64,000 bases of DNA, taken from NCBI GenBank assembly GCA_943704425.1, contig CALSCP010002292.1, positions 1 to 64,000 on the forward strand, given 5' to 3'. A program made the translations under genes and the position numbers. Below are positions 14,812 through 28,587 of this stretch, one piece after another. Source of the stretch: Ministeria vibrans ATCC 50519 (lineage: Eukaryota > Protista > Filasterea). A model generated the notes under the pieces. That model worked only from the letters and a program-made list of their open reading frames with translations. It was not told the origin of the DNA and ran no database searches. Numbering within the stretch: position 1 is the first letter of the stretch; each line of letters starts with the position of its first letter.

Positions 14812-17800
14812 TTACATAAACGCCAAAGGATTGGCACGAGGACGAATGGTGGGACGTCTGAGGTCAACGGAGGGATGAGAGGCCAAAGCAGTCGACTCGC
14901 CATACGTGTGGTTCTCCTCAATAGACTCGAGCTGTTGGCGCAGATTCATGAGCTCAATAAGGTCGCCCCAGCGATCGGGGGCACCTGTGACGGAGCCGGG
15001 AACGTGGCCTCCCTCGTGAGGGTACATGGGACGATGAATACGATGGTGTTGGTCCTGGTGGTCGGGTTGCGACATTATGCTGGACGGAGCGAGCATTCGA
15101 CGCACGCGAGACCAGCCAGTGGCTGAATCTGGCACGACCACAGGTGGCTCCTCCATCGCTCTTCTTCTCTTTTCCGCTCGTGCGTCAGCCGCCTCGTCTT
15201 CATGGCCATCCTCATCGTCCATCAGTTGTACCTCTGTAGGCGTTTCAAAGTCACGCGTGCGGACATGCGACACACGCTCGGTCATTTCAGTCACATTTGT
15301 CACTTGCGATGCCTTGTCACACCCAACGTCATCATCGGCATCCACCTTCGCTTCATCTGCGTCTGAGCCTAAGCCTGAGCCCGAGCCAGCGTCGTCGTCA
15401 TCATTATCATGACCATCGTCGTCTGTGTCTGCGTTGTCAACATTGCCGTCGTCATCATCGTCGACGTCTACATTGCCTGCGCCGACCCACATCGAATCGC
15501 GTTGACGCATTGCACGTGCAGCGCTTGCATCCGACTCGCTCTCCTCAGCAAGCATTCCAATGTCGGAACGCTGTGCGGTCTTGTTGCTCGAGGATGTACC
15601 GCCGTAGTCGGGTGGACGTGTCGAAAGGGTCGTCATGTTGCTGACGGGGCGCGACACGGACGCACCCGACGAGAACAAGTTGATATGACGCGATACGTTG
15701 TCCTGATCGTCCTGATGCTGCTGGGACGGAACGGGTGACTGAGCCATATCACGGCTGTTGGTGAAAAATGCGTCTGCCTTGGTCCTCTTGCGGCGAGGAT
15801 GTTTGGCAGATTCCACTCCGGCGCGTTCCATCCACTTGCGCGCGGCGTGAATCCGCAGGTTGCCGTCGTGCGACGCATCGGCCATTTTGCGACGTCGATG
15901 CACGGAATGGCCTGACGTGAGGGACATGGGCGCGGTGGCGACCGAAGTAGACGCCAAGCTGCCACGTGAGCTCGTGGATGTGACCGAACTCGGTCGCGAC
16001 GAGCGAGCACTCCTAACGGCTGCGGCTGCTGCGCTGGCGTGGCGTGTGCTACTGACAGGGGAACCTATGGTAAGAGAGCGATCGCGTGCATGTGCCTTGT
16101 GGTGCCGCTCAAACTCAGTCACGGTGCTGGGTGCGGTCACTTGGACTGTAGCGCGACGTTCCGGTGAGGGAGAGAGCGTTGGTGTGTGCTGGCGCTTTTC
16201 GTTCAAGAGCATTTTGATGGCGTCCGACGCTTGCTTGAGTGCTGCATGGGCACTCTCTTCAAGCTCCATCTCATGCACGCCGCGCTGTTGGAGCTCGGGT
16301 GATTCGGGGCGACGCTGATGTTGATGATGATGATGGTGATGGTGATGCGGTTGTTGTTTAAGGAGATGGTGCGCAGGCGGGATGGCAGCGGTGCTGTGTG
16401 AGAGAGAGGTGAACTCGGTGCGCGCCCCGTCGTCCACCTCCCGTGTGTTGTAGTCGTCGTCAGCGTGATTTTTCATTGCGCTGTACGCTGTGGTGACATG
16501 CTGGTGAGGAGGGTGATGATTCGCATGTGCGGGTCCATCGAGATGCAACGACATGTTGTAGTTTCGCCCGTGCTGCCCTGCATGACCGCTCGGCACAATG
16601 ATTTGCCCGCCGGCTGTGATAAGCGGACCTGAATTGCGCGCAGTGCGCACTCCCTTAACCGTCGAGACGGTGTCCACGGTAGTCCATGCGCCGTTACCGT
16701 CCAGACACTCGCGACACTCGGCTGCGTCGTCCATCGACAGTTCAATTCCCGTGCCAAAAAGATCCTCTTCCTCCTTGATCGCATAGTTGAATTGCAGCAC
16801 AACGACCAAATCAATGACCACCAGTGTCCCTTGGATGAGCAAACAGTAACCCAAAATGCTCACGGGGGTCAGCGATGTGTACGCCAGCGGCAACAGCGCC
16901 ACAGCAATGGCACACGCAATGCGGAAGACAAGCAGAAAACGGTTTTCGCTGACCTTCATATGGTGCAACTGACGCAACCACAAGAGAGTCCCAATGGACA
17001 CTGCAAGTGGGGCGCACAGTGACCATGCGTCCTTGACCGACTAGAAGGGGAGATGCGACGGGTGAACAAAGGAATGAAGAGATCCCGTTTTTCATATTAG
17101 TGTACCAATGGATCGTCCGCGTGAACGAGAAGGAGTTTGAGGGAAATTCCAACGAGCAACAGTGAGGCGGAGAGGATTCTATATAGAGAACAGTTTAAAC
17201 GCCAAACATCATTCGACGGCTGAATCTGCTGAGAGTCTCGTACAAGTGAAGATAGACGTAAAGACGACCGTGGCTCATGCGCAAGGCGTGGAGTTCGGCA
17301 TGAAAGGGCTGTGCGTCAAAGTAGCTGAGGTAGAGAGCGACGACCAGGAGGATGCCAAGGTAGTCGATGAGGTAGTGGTCAAGCTCACGCGTGCCGGAGA
17401 GCTGTGTGGCGAGTAGTGAGATGATGGATTCGCCGAGGATAAGCATGATGAAGAGGCCGTGGCGCTCGGCGAGATGTTCGACGTGCACTGGCAAACGCTG
17501 ATGTTTGGGCAAGAATGACGCTTTGAGGTGAAAGGCAATTTCAATGACAATGGCAAAGGCCAAAAGGATGCCTGCGGCCAGATCGGATGCAATGACAGTC
17601 GCAACAATGGCAAGAATGACAGAGATGATCAGGCCCGCCAGTTGAATGAGGGTGGCGAGACGCACACGATGAATCCAGACGACGACAAAGATGTACTGCA
17701 GAATGAGACCGGCACGCGTGATGAGAAAGCCAATACAGAAGCCTCGGTGGAGAGAGAGGCCGTCGTGGCGAGTCGAGTCGGTGTCGATGTTGACGGCCAT

Positions 17801-18385
17801 GGTCGCCACTCCGATCGTCTGGATGAGAAAGTACAAGTGCGTATGGACTATGTCGTCGCAGTAGAAGCGCGTCACGTAGTGCGTGAAGCTGGTCCACACT
17901 TGCCAAAAGGCAGCAAACAGTAGAAAGTAGACGCCATAGCCTTCCCACGTCTGTTCGCTTTTGATATAGTTTCCTACACAATTGTTTTTGGTTTTCAATC
18001 AATTGACGGAAGAAAAGCAAAGGAGACACGATTCGATTGAAGACAAGCACCGTGTGCATTGGAAATGCACTTGGGCGGAGGACAGAAGAGAGAGAGAAGG
18101 CGAGAGCTCTGTCGTTCGGCCGAAAAGCAGAATGGTTATTTTATTTATTTTTTTGAAAGTGACAAACGACTGTAAAAGTTGCAATTAAGAAGAATTTGTG
18201 ACGGGTAGGCGAGTGGAAAGCAATGCAGGTGATGCAATCGAGGGAAGAAACTCACCAAATTGGAGGGCTACGGCGACAAATATTAGATCGTAGAACAGCT
18301 CAAACCACTGCGCCTGGCGGTGGCCCTGCTCATCGTCCCAGTCCTGCAGTGGAGTTGGAGGCTCCCAGAACACCTTACGACTCAT
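14812..18385 (-). CDS. Low-temperature requirement A (LtrA)-like multi-pass membrane protein with long disordered C-tail
   Basis: WFELFYDLIFV, HLAERHGLFIMLILGESI; about 650-aa His/Ser/Asp-rich tail. Confidence 0.82.
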
Positions 18386-18536
18386 ACCAAGAGAGACACG
18401 GTCGCAGCGAGCAAAATCTCTGGCGTCAAATGACAAGTCAAACTGTCAAAGTGAAAGGGATCTCAAAAATAATTTTTGACTTTGACTCACTTTTTAAACT
18501 AATAATTTTCAAAATATTTTCCCTTGTTCGGACGTG

Positions 18537-19100
18537 ATGGCATCTGCACACGTCACTCTCAAGGTCCACCAGCATGTGCCGGGGACGGTTGTCTCCAAAA
18601 GTCTGGACTATCCAGGAGATCTTCAACTCGAAGGAGTTTGTCAGGACATTCGAAACAGACTCAAAGCAAGCTATCCCAACCTCAACTTTGGCGTAAGTCA
18701 TTTCCCTACCCCCTCCCCTCCTCTCCTTTCCTGCCATGCAACTCCCGAAAGAATCCCAATTAAGAATTCGGATTTTTTTTTATCTGCTTTCTCTCTCGCT
18801 CTCTCGCTCTTTCTCTCTCTATCCCTGACGCACCGGTCAATTGGCAACTCTTGTACCCGCCTCCACCCACATCTCTGTGGCCCGTTTGGATGTGTTATCG
18901 CTCTGTGTCTGTGACTTTCGTTGCGTGTGACGGCAAGATGACATCACCGTTTAACAATGGGGCTTTTTGCAGGATTTTGCGCTCTTCTATGGGGCGCAGT
19001 CGATGTGGCTGGATGTGCAGAAGACGCTTGACTTCTACGACATCAAGACGGGCGAGGCGGTAAGGCGACGTGGCTCGTGGTAGCGTCTGTGCAGTACCGC

Positions 19101-19146
<46 letters not shown>

Positions 19147-20891
19147 CGCCTCAGGTCGAGTTTAAGAACAAGTTCCGCCCCATGAAGATCCTCTTTCCCA
19201 ACGAAACCATCAAGACGCTGCTTCTCGACGAATCGTTGTCTGTCAATTTGCTGGTAAGTGATCATCATTCATTTTTTTAGCTTACTTTTATGGTGTTGTG
19301 TCTTGTTTAGGTTCAATCCATCTGCGAACACATCTCCTTGTCAAATCCCGAAGAGCTGAGTCTTGTTGCCGACTTTGACGACGTAAGCAACCACGAGGGA
19401 AAAACAAAATGACGTGTAGTGACACATTTTGTGTGTGCAGGATCTGACCAAACGATTGACACCCACAACGCGACGAAAGCAGACGACGGGAAAGTACGCT
19501 TCTCAAGGATGTTGCACACATACATACACATACACCAGTATATTTGTGCTAAGACCATGTTTTATTACGATCTGTACAGACGCGGCGCCTTGCAGCAGTG
19601 TCCCGAGGACGACTTTGGCGAGATGGAGGGCGATCGCAAGATGAAGGGGGACGCGACGCTGAGCAAGGCGCAGTACACGAAGCTGCAAGAGCGACTGAAC
19701 GAGCCACAGCGCAAAGCACTGCTGAAGCGACAAGCATCGGCGGGGTCACTGCCAACCGCATCGGGACTGACCAACCTGCGGGTGAACGAACCGTGGCTCG
19801 ACCCGAACAAAAGCCTTGTCGAGCAAGGGCTGCGCGAGAACGACGTGGTGCTCCTTAAGTACCGCTTCTTCTGCAAGCTCAACCTGTCGCGCAAGGACCA
19901 CGTGCGACTGGACATGCTCTTCTGGCACGCCCGCTCAACATACCTGGCCGGCGAGTGCATTCTCACGCCCCGCTCCACCGCTAAATTCATCGCCCTGTTG
20001 CTCCAATTTATGTTTGGCGACTACGACCCGAAAAAACACACGGTCAACTTCTTCACGCAGTCCAAGCACACGCTGTGCCCTAAGAGACTTCGCATCAAGC
20101 CCATTCTCAACCGCATCATTGCCGAATACGAGCAGCTCCGACGTATGGAGGACCTTGACATCAAGTACTGCTTTGTGCGTCTGTGGACTCAGCTTGACTC
20201 GTTTGGACTTGGTATGATCACAATGACTGTGAATCATTATTATAATTAACTTTTTTTTTGTATTATTGTTGTTGTTATTATTGTTGTTGTCATCTAGAGC
20301 TGTTCACTTGTCTTGCGAAACACACGGGGCAAAAGGGATTATTTGCCGTGGGTCATAACCGCATCATCTTTGTCACGGTTGCCGACGAATTGCCGGCCAT
20401 TTTCTATCTAGAAGAGCTGCGCAAGTGGATGGTGGACACGCTCACAGACACTATTACCATTGTGTTTACAACGCGACAGCTCAAGCTCACTTTCCCCGAT
20501 CTCACACGCGTCGTCTGCGACTGTCTCCAGGTAAGCAACCTCACATTGCGTGTGATTTTGTGTGCACTAACGTATTCTATTATTTATTATCAATTATTAT
20601 CCATTTGTCTTGTGTATGTGTGTGTGCATAGGGCAACGTTGAGATCATCACTCTACACCGTGCGATTGACGAGGCCGCAGGACCTACCACGCACGAGAAG
20701 TACGAGGAGGAGCTGTGGGACAGCACAGCGCAGTTTGAGACGACAGAGCAGGTCAAAGAGTACAGTTCACAGATGCGACGCGATGTGCCTCGCGATTTTC
20801 AAAAGATGGCCTTCAAGTAAGAATAAGAAATAATTGAAGACGAATGTCACTGAGCCTGTGCTGTGTGTTTGTGTGTGTGTGTGTGTGTGTT

Positions 20892-20947
<56 letters not shown>

Positions 20948-21662
20948 TTTGTTTAGGTCTGTTCAAAATCAGTTGTACTGGGAAGATCGAATCAATGTGG
21001 AGAATCCATTGTGGGATGGCGAAGAATGGGACATTGAAGGAGGAGGTAAGTGCACAACAAGACGGACTGTACATTGTGAGAGGGTATAGTAACATAATGC
21101 TCATATTAATAATTAAATTACTCTTATTATCAATGTAGCGAAAGACGCGAGTGACGAGTCGGGCACAGTTGCAATGGGCAAACCGGGATGGGATAATCCG
21201 CTGTTTGAGAACGAAGACACCGAGTTGGATGATTTGGTGTTTGATTTTGTGAACGATGGAAAGACGGGAGAAGAAGTAAGAACGAGAGAGGGAGAGAGAG
21301 AGAGAGGTAGAGCCTTTTTTTTCGAATCTGGTTCTATCCACTTGACCTTGTCGCCGTTCATCCATCTTCCAACCCTTACCTGACCCCACTTTTTCCCCTC
21401 ACCCACACTCATGCCCTCTTCTCTGACTTGCACCAACTCCCCTCTTTTTTTCCCCACCCCACCCACTGCCCAGAATGTGAGCGAAGGGCGCAAGTGTAAA
21501 GTGCGGACGGCATACGAGGCAGTCGCGGGTGGATTACTCTCGCTCTTTGTCGGGGAAGTCCTTGAAATTGTCTCGGACTTTAGCGACACCTATTGGGAGT
21601 GCAAGAACAGAAAGGGCACTGTAGGGAAGGTCTCAAAGGCCTTTGTGGATCTAATCGACTGA
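18537..21662 (+). CDS. Talin-head-like FERM (F0-F3) protein with C-terminal SH3, no rod
   Basis: DFALF..WLDVQKTLDFYDIK, KFRPMKI..IKTLLLDES, WLDPNKSLVEQGLRENDVVLLKYRFF, QFMFGDYDPKKH resemble the talin head; last exon is SH3-like (AYEA..LSLFVGEVLEIV..YWECKN..GKV). Confidence 0.8.
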
Positions 21663-21784
21663 CCGTTCTGTGTGCGTGTTGTGTGTGAGTGAGAGAGTGT
21701 CATCATTTAATGAGAGTAAAATGAACCCTTATTATTTTATTTTATTTGAAACCTCAGTTAGAGTGTGATTTATTTATTTTGGTA

Positions 21785-24051
21785 CTATCGTTTTTTCTGA
21801 CAAAGATACATTGGACGATCAAACGCTATAAAAAATAAAAATAAAAACATATTTTCGTGGTATAAAAAACACAGAATTTGGATTGGAGCACAGTACCTTT
21901 TTCGTTTTGAGGAGTGATTGATTCAGCGCTGATAAAACCGACTTCGGGAGAGCATAAAAGCGCAGGAAATGCCTGAGGGTACAGTCGGATCTCGTTGAAG
22001 TTGCGCGCAAAGGTCTCGTTGAGGTCTATAATGTGATATTATTGTGAGAGTCATTAGAGAAATAATTAAGACAATATTGTGCTGCAGAGCAACCAAGTCA
22101 AATACACACGCAACTCACATTCACACACAGACAAACAAACACAGAAAACACACCCAATTACACAGATACTCATAGGCAACCAATCGAATTGCACACACAC
22201 AGACAGATTCAGAGAAAATGTGAGGGTGACAGACACGCTACTTTCGTACTCTTCTTCTTCTTGTACGAGGCCCATCCCTGCGGCTCCAGCACAAGCACTC
22301 CTCCCGGTCGCAAGTGTGCATACAAAATCCGGAATAGCCGTCTAAAATAAACCAGTTCAATCAGTGTGAATTGTATCAAACGTCATCGTGACAAACAATA
22401 ATAATATTATTATTATAATAATAATAATCATTGACGAGTTTGTGCCTACTTCAGTCCGTCGTCTCCATAGTTCAAATGAATCCATTTCGTGACACTCATA
22501 CTATAAAATAATGTCGTTCAAAAGTGAGTCACTTTGTGGGGTCTCAACAATTTTAACGGTCAATTTAATAATTCAGTGTACCAGAACACAATGTCAAAAG
22601 TGGAGTTGAACGGGAGGGAACCCTCGGGTAAAGTCATTACATTACACGTTGCAAATGTAATGTTGTGTGGAAATGCTAAAAAGTGTACATATAGATAATG
22701 TGTGTGAGAGGAGAAAAAAACAAAGCAATAGAGAGAGAGAGAAAAGAAAGAGTTAAATTTGCGCGTGCGCGTAGGGGGGGTGTGTCTGTGTGTCTACCTT
22801 TGATGGATTTCGCTTGTCGACGGATTTCTGTTGCGTGCGGGCGAGTGATGGGGAGAGCACCTTGGCAGAGAGGAAATGAAATGGGGAAGGGACGGGGGGC
22901 AGCAGCAGCAGCAGAAGAAGATGTAGTGGTGGTGGAGGGGGTGCGCTCAAGACCGCCTATGCATTTAGGGTAAGGGTTAGGGTTGTTACATTCGAGCTGT
23001 GGTTGTCATAAGAGTTAGGGTTGTCATAAGGGTTACGCATGAAATAGTTTGCATTTGTCAGCCGTTGCCATGTGATCGTACCAAGTGAGAACTGGAAAGC
23101 GAGTGTTCGGTCTGCCTGCGCAATCAGTGACTCGTCCAAATCAATCCCGTGCATCGAGCCCAGTCCCAAATGCTTTGCTACAATTCTCAAGTCAGTATGC
23201 CCTCAAGAGTAAAAGATGGAGAGAGACTAAACATCAGGGTATGCGTACTTGTGGCAATGGCAAATTCACCCGCGTTACAGCCCACATCAAAGCAATGTTT
23301 TCCAGTCCACTCCATCCGTGCTTTCAACTGTACAATTCTGCAGAGGAGGGGAAAAAAAAATAACAGAGACACGACACACCTTTTAGTGTTAGCGACGTGC
23401 ATGCTGCACATGCTTGTGCGCTCAGTGATACCTTGGATCCATCGTGTGGTGGGGCGTGCGATAGCCGTAGTAGCGAGGGTAGTTTCCGTAGACGTACTGT
23501 CGCTCGGTGAGCCGTTCTCTTCTCGAGCGTGACATGGCAGGGACCGGAGCGACCGTTGAGGCAACGCGGTGCGACGCGGCGCCTGTGGCTGCAGCCGACT
23601 TTGCGGCTGCGGCCGAGGCGGTGCTTTCGGCGGTGGTCGTTGACGCGACGAATGTTGGCGATGCGAGGTTGAAGCTGTCGGTGGGCGTTGCGGTCCAGGT
23701 GGCCGCTGCCGGGGGCGTCGGCGCGCACGTGGGCGTCCCCGCACCCTGGTCGAAGCCACCAAGGATGTTGATGGCCTCGCCTGCCGCGTGTTCGCGCTCT
23801 CGTCGTCGCTTTTCTCGTTCGCGCGCTCGCCGTTCTTCAATTTGCCGCCCAACTTCGAGCAGTTCGGCATTCTTCCCAACCGCATTGGCAACGCCTCGCC
23901 GCGCGTCGGTCAGAGGCTCGTCCGCTACGACGGGCAGTGGGTCCTTCTGAGGAGCGCGTTTCGCACTGGCTCGTTTCGCCGCTGACGTTGTCGACGAGGG
24001 AGCTTCACTGCTCTCCTCCACCGACTCTCGTCGTCGTTTCGATCGCGGCAT
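21785..24051 (-). CDS. MEPCE: 7SK methylphosphate capping enzyme / Bin3-type methyltransferase
   Basis: YGNYPRYYGYR, FDVGCNAG, GIDLD, SVTKWIHLNYGDDGL, LRPGGVLVLEPQ, FDRPMY. Confidence 0.9.
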
Positions 24052-24177
24052 CCAACGAACAAGTCACTGATACAACTAAGATCAAACGTGAAATGTGAAG
24101 AAATAAGTTGATTTAGTTGAAGAACTCAGAGGAAAAATTTTTCAAGGCTGATCAGAGAAATTAGATAAAACGATCTG

Positions 24178-26838
24178 ATGCGTCGCCGTGCCCCTCGCCC
24201 GGGCGGCTTGGGTCCGCATACACACGATATGGACGATGATGTGTCTGGCGAGCTTGCGGGTGCTCAAGGTAGGGCAGGCGCTCGCTGACGTGTGAGTTTG
24301 GAGTGAGTGAGTGGGTTGATTGATCGTGTTTGGTTTGTTTTGCGTAGCGCTGCTCAATTCGGTCGATCAGGATCTGCGGCAGCAAATCGACCACGTGAGA
24401 CAAACGTATGTGCACCACTTCCCAGAGCTTTCGACGCTCGTTACGACTCCGCTTCTGTACGTTCGAGCGGTTTTGCTCATCCGGTCGCGTCAAGAATGCC
24501 CAACGGCCGCTGCACGGCTCTCTGCGTTCCTCCCGCGCGACACTACCGATCGCATTATTGCTGCGGCCCACTCGAGTGCTGGTGCACAGGTAAAGGACGA
24601 GGGATACTCTCCTTCCAGTGTTTCTAACGCAAAACACCCATTTTTCGTTTGTTTTTGGTCAGTTTACCGACGAACAATTGAACGAAGTGACAGCGTTCTG
24701 CGAGCTGGCCTTGCGGCTCGACGAGGAGCGTATTGAACTGATCAAAACGATCCATCGCATTGAAAACGTCGCGTCGTCCTCGCGATTCTCTCGTCAGGCG
24801 CGCGTCTACGTCTCCGCGCTCTTGACCTGCTTCATTTGCTTGGGCGTGCTTGCCGGTGGCTACACGCTCCTGACGCGCTGGCAGACTACAGTGGCCAAGC
24901 GATACAGCAGCAGCAGCAGTAGCACAGATGCAAGCCGTCCAATGGCGCTTCAGGGTGGTGTTGCTGCAGCCGCTGTAGCCTCAGCTGCACCTACGGAGTC
25001 TTCAGTCAGGCTTGAACTTGAGACGGCGGTGCGCGAATTATTCGCGCTCGAGCCACCATACATTGTATTTAATGCGCGTGTGTACACCATGTCCACACGC
25101 GAAGAGCAGTTGCCCGTGGACTCGTTTGCCGTGCTGACTGACGGCCGATTTGGCACAGTGGGCGAACTCCAGGATGTGCTGGCGGCGCACGGTGACATTG
25201 TGGTGCGTGTCGATGGACAAGGACTCACTGTGGTCCCTGGACTCATTGACGCTCATACGCACATGGTTGCCCAGGGACGTCTCTTGGGCATGGCTGACCT
25301 GCGGGGTTGCGACGGCGTTGAGTGCGTGGTGGAACGACTGCTCAGGAGCGCAGCAAGTGAGGAGGCAGAGGGAGGAGCACTCTGGTTGGAAGGATTCGGT
25401 TGGGACCAGAACGAATGGAGTGCCTTTGAACACGGCGAGTTTCCCACGCGCGAACACCTTGATGCTGCGTTTCCCACACGACCCGTTTGGCTGACGCGTG
25501 TCGACGCCCATGCGGCCTGGGCCAATACAGCCGCACTTGAGCGTGTGCGCTCGCTCGCTCTTGCCAATTCTTCTGTGGACCCATTCGCTGCATCGCTAAC
25601 ATTGACTGGTGGATCTGTTGTGCGCAATTCGAAGACGGGTGAGCCGACGGGCATTTTTGTCGACAATGCAATGGAATTGGTCTCAAAACATGTACCAAAA
25701 GCCACTCGGACGGAAAAGAAGGTTGGAAGAGATTTACTATTCCTATTATTTAAAATAATTATTATTAATTAATAGTAATAATAATAATAATAATAATTTA
25801 TTTTTATTTCGGTTTGGACCTTTTTAGAACGCACTTCTTCGAGCGATCCACGAAAGCCGCACGCGAGGCCTCACTGGCGTGCACGATGCGGGAGTGCCTG
25901 ATGAAGACCTAGAGCTGTACCGTGAACTGGCAGATGAAGGGTCATTGGATGTGCGAGTGAATGCGATGATTGCGTGTCCTGGCGGCGTCACTGAGATTGT
26001 GTCGTGTGTGCGTGGACGGGAACCAATGGATTTGTATCGCAATCGATTGACGGTGCGCTCTGTGAAGTATATGATGGACGGGGCACTGGGCAGTTGGGGC
26101 GCGGCTATGCTGGAACCGTACAGTGATCGCGCAGCGTCGCGAGGGAGTCTGATGGTGGCGAGTGAGACGGACGAACAAGTGCGCGATGCGCTTTCCACGG
26201 TCGTCTCCGACTGGCTCGCACACGGGTTTCAGGTGGCAGTGCATGCGATTGGAGATCGTGCCAATCGGGTCGTTTTGGATGCATACGAGGTGGCACTGCG
26301 CCAGGCGAACGAGACGGACCCGTCGCGCGACCACCGACTGCGCATTGAACACGCACAGATTGTTGCACCAAAGGATCTCCCGCGGTTTGGTCAGTTGGGC
26401 CTGCTTGCGTCAATGCAGCCAACACATGCGACAGCTGACAGTGCGTATGCGACGCAGCGACTGGGCAGCGAACGTCTTACGGGCGCGTATGCGTGGCGGG
26501 CTCTCTGGCGCACCACCCGCGCATTGCCTCTCGGCTCCGACTTTCCCGTCTCGCCCGTCTCACCCTTCCTCGGTCTCCAGGCGGCGACCACTCCCGCTCT
26601 CACACACCGCCTTACTCTATGGCAAGCGCTCCGCGGGTTTACTGCTGACGCTGCATTCGCCTCCTTTCACGAACACTCTCTGGGCCACATTGGGCCCTCT
26701 GCCTGCGCTGACTTCCTCGTGCTCCCCAGCGACCCGTTCGCCCTCACCGCTGCCGGTCTCGGCTCACTCCGTCCACTCCTATCCTTTCTTGACGGTCGTC
26801 CGTACACTCGCACACTGCCCAAACACGTCACTCCGTAA
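24178..26838 (+). CDS. NOSIC (Nop56/58/Prp31-like) domain - TM helix - Amidohydro_3 (YtcJ-like) fusion protein
   Basis: YVHHFPELSTLV..AAHSSAG; hydrophobic VYVSALLTCFICLGVLAGGYTLL; PGLIDAHTH, RVDAHAAWAN, DGALGSWGA, HAIGD, RIEHAQ, GSDFP. Confidence 0.8.
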
Positions 26839-26839
26839 A

Positions 26840-26914
<75 letters not shown>

Positions 26915-26981
26915 GACAGAGAGAGACAGAGAGAGAGAGAGAAGAAGAAGAAGAAGAAGAAGAAGAAAGAAACAAAGTGAT

Positions 26982-27019
<38 letters not shown>

Positions 27020-27064
27020 AGAAGAAGAAAGAAACAAAGTGATAGAGAGAGAAGAAAGAAACAA

Positions 27065-27103
<39 letters not shown>

Positions 27104-27147
27104 GAAAAGTGAAATATTGTGATGGGAGTATGGCTTTTTATGGCAAC

Positions 27148-28587
27148 CTGTCCAGACACCACTAAGCAAGTGGCAGCATTGATTGCCGCATATGTAGTTG
27201 GAGACTAAAAACCAAACAATCAAATACACACCCACAGGTTGTACAAAGTCAGTAACAGAAAATGCACGAATAGACGTGAGAGAAGCGGGAGACCTGTGCG
27301 AATGCATTGAAGTAGTCGTCGGCGGCTGCACAGAGGACACTCTCATTGGTCATGCCCGACGCGACAAACTCGTCTTTACGGATGCGGCCCCGCGCACACA
27401 GCAGTCCCGACGTGTCTACATACGCATTGGCACTCGTCTGTTCCTCAATGACTTTCAGTGCCTGTCGAAAATGAAGGTAGAATTAATGTGAATGACTTAT
27501 TATGATGCGTTGAAGTACTCGTTCTCTGTCCGAGCCCACATTGCGACGGTTGAGAGCAAAGACAAAAAGCTCGGCGACACCCACGGTAAGTAGCTTGGCG
27601 TTGACGGCAAGAGAGGCGTCAACAAGGTCGATCATGCCAGAGTGGTCGCGAAGGTCGCGGAAGCGCAGGAGAAGTGCGATGACAGCCGAGCTGGACAGAC
27701 GAATGGGCGACTCTGCGTCGAGAAGACGGTCGCGGATGGCATTAAGCTGTTCGCTTGAAGAAGCGTCGACAAGCCATTGGTGAAAGAAGAGGGCACGTTG
27801 TGAGTCGAGAGCCTCAGAGGAGGATAAGGTGCTGAGGAGCTTCTTGAGATGGTCGTAGAGAGGGACGCTTTCGGGAAGGGCCATAACTGACTCGGATGAG
27901 GAGGAGGTGTAGGGCACGACGACGTGCGAGCTCTCTTGGGAATTGGTCGATCGATGGACTTCCTCGACGAGTTCGTACACATTGTCAATGTCGGCGGACT
28001 CGCTGCAGCTGCGCACAGCGTGCAGCACAATGTTTTTGACGAGGCCCAGCGACTCGCGCACGCCCAGCTGGTAGAAGAGCTCTGCTTTGGAGTCGGCGTG
28101 GGTCACGTCAACAATGACCAGCTCGGCAACGGCGAACCCTTCACAACCGCTGGGTGCCATGAGATCTTCATAGGTGATCTAAGGAAGGAGAAGGAAGGAC
28201 AAGACAGGGACAAGTGAGTTCAGCGAATTGGGCAAATCTTGCGCCCCAAGCGCAGCGATACACCGCATGATTTTGTGGTGGCAGGTGTAAGGATGCAAGG
28301 GAATGTGTGGCGGGGTGCAGCGGGAGGCAGGGGGGGCGGAGAGAGAAGCGACATTCATTAGTTGAAACCTGTTGAAGTGATAAATGCAACGCTTTGCACG
28401 CTGAACGGATGGCTTTCAGGACGGGGTCAAACTCGGGTGCGGTAATGACGGTGTTGGGATCGGTTGGATCGGGAATGGTCGGCACTATGCAGACCACGGC
28501 GGACACTTCGCTCTGCTGCTGCGTCAGCACCCTGATTTCGGGCACGGCGGCCTTTGGTCGCTTCTCCGATGCGGCATCGTCGGACAT
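27148..28587 (-). CDS. ASK1/MAP3K5-like N-terminal region (DUF4071/TPR); 3' part including kinase absent
   Basis: LFYQLGVRESLG..NIVL, LLLRFRDLRDHSGMI, FALNRRN, LCARGRIRKD, AINAATCL; the last intron runs into (CT)n. Confidence 0.8.

Noticed and set aside
22965-23035. TTAGGG-like hexamers in a MEPCE intron
   Set aside because: Only a few degenerate copies; insufficient for an interstitial telomere call.
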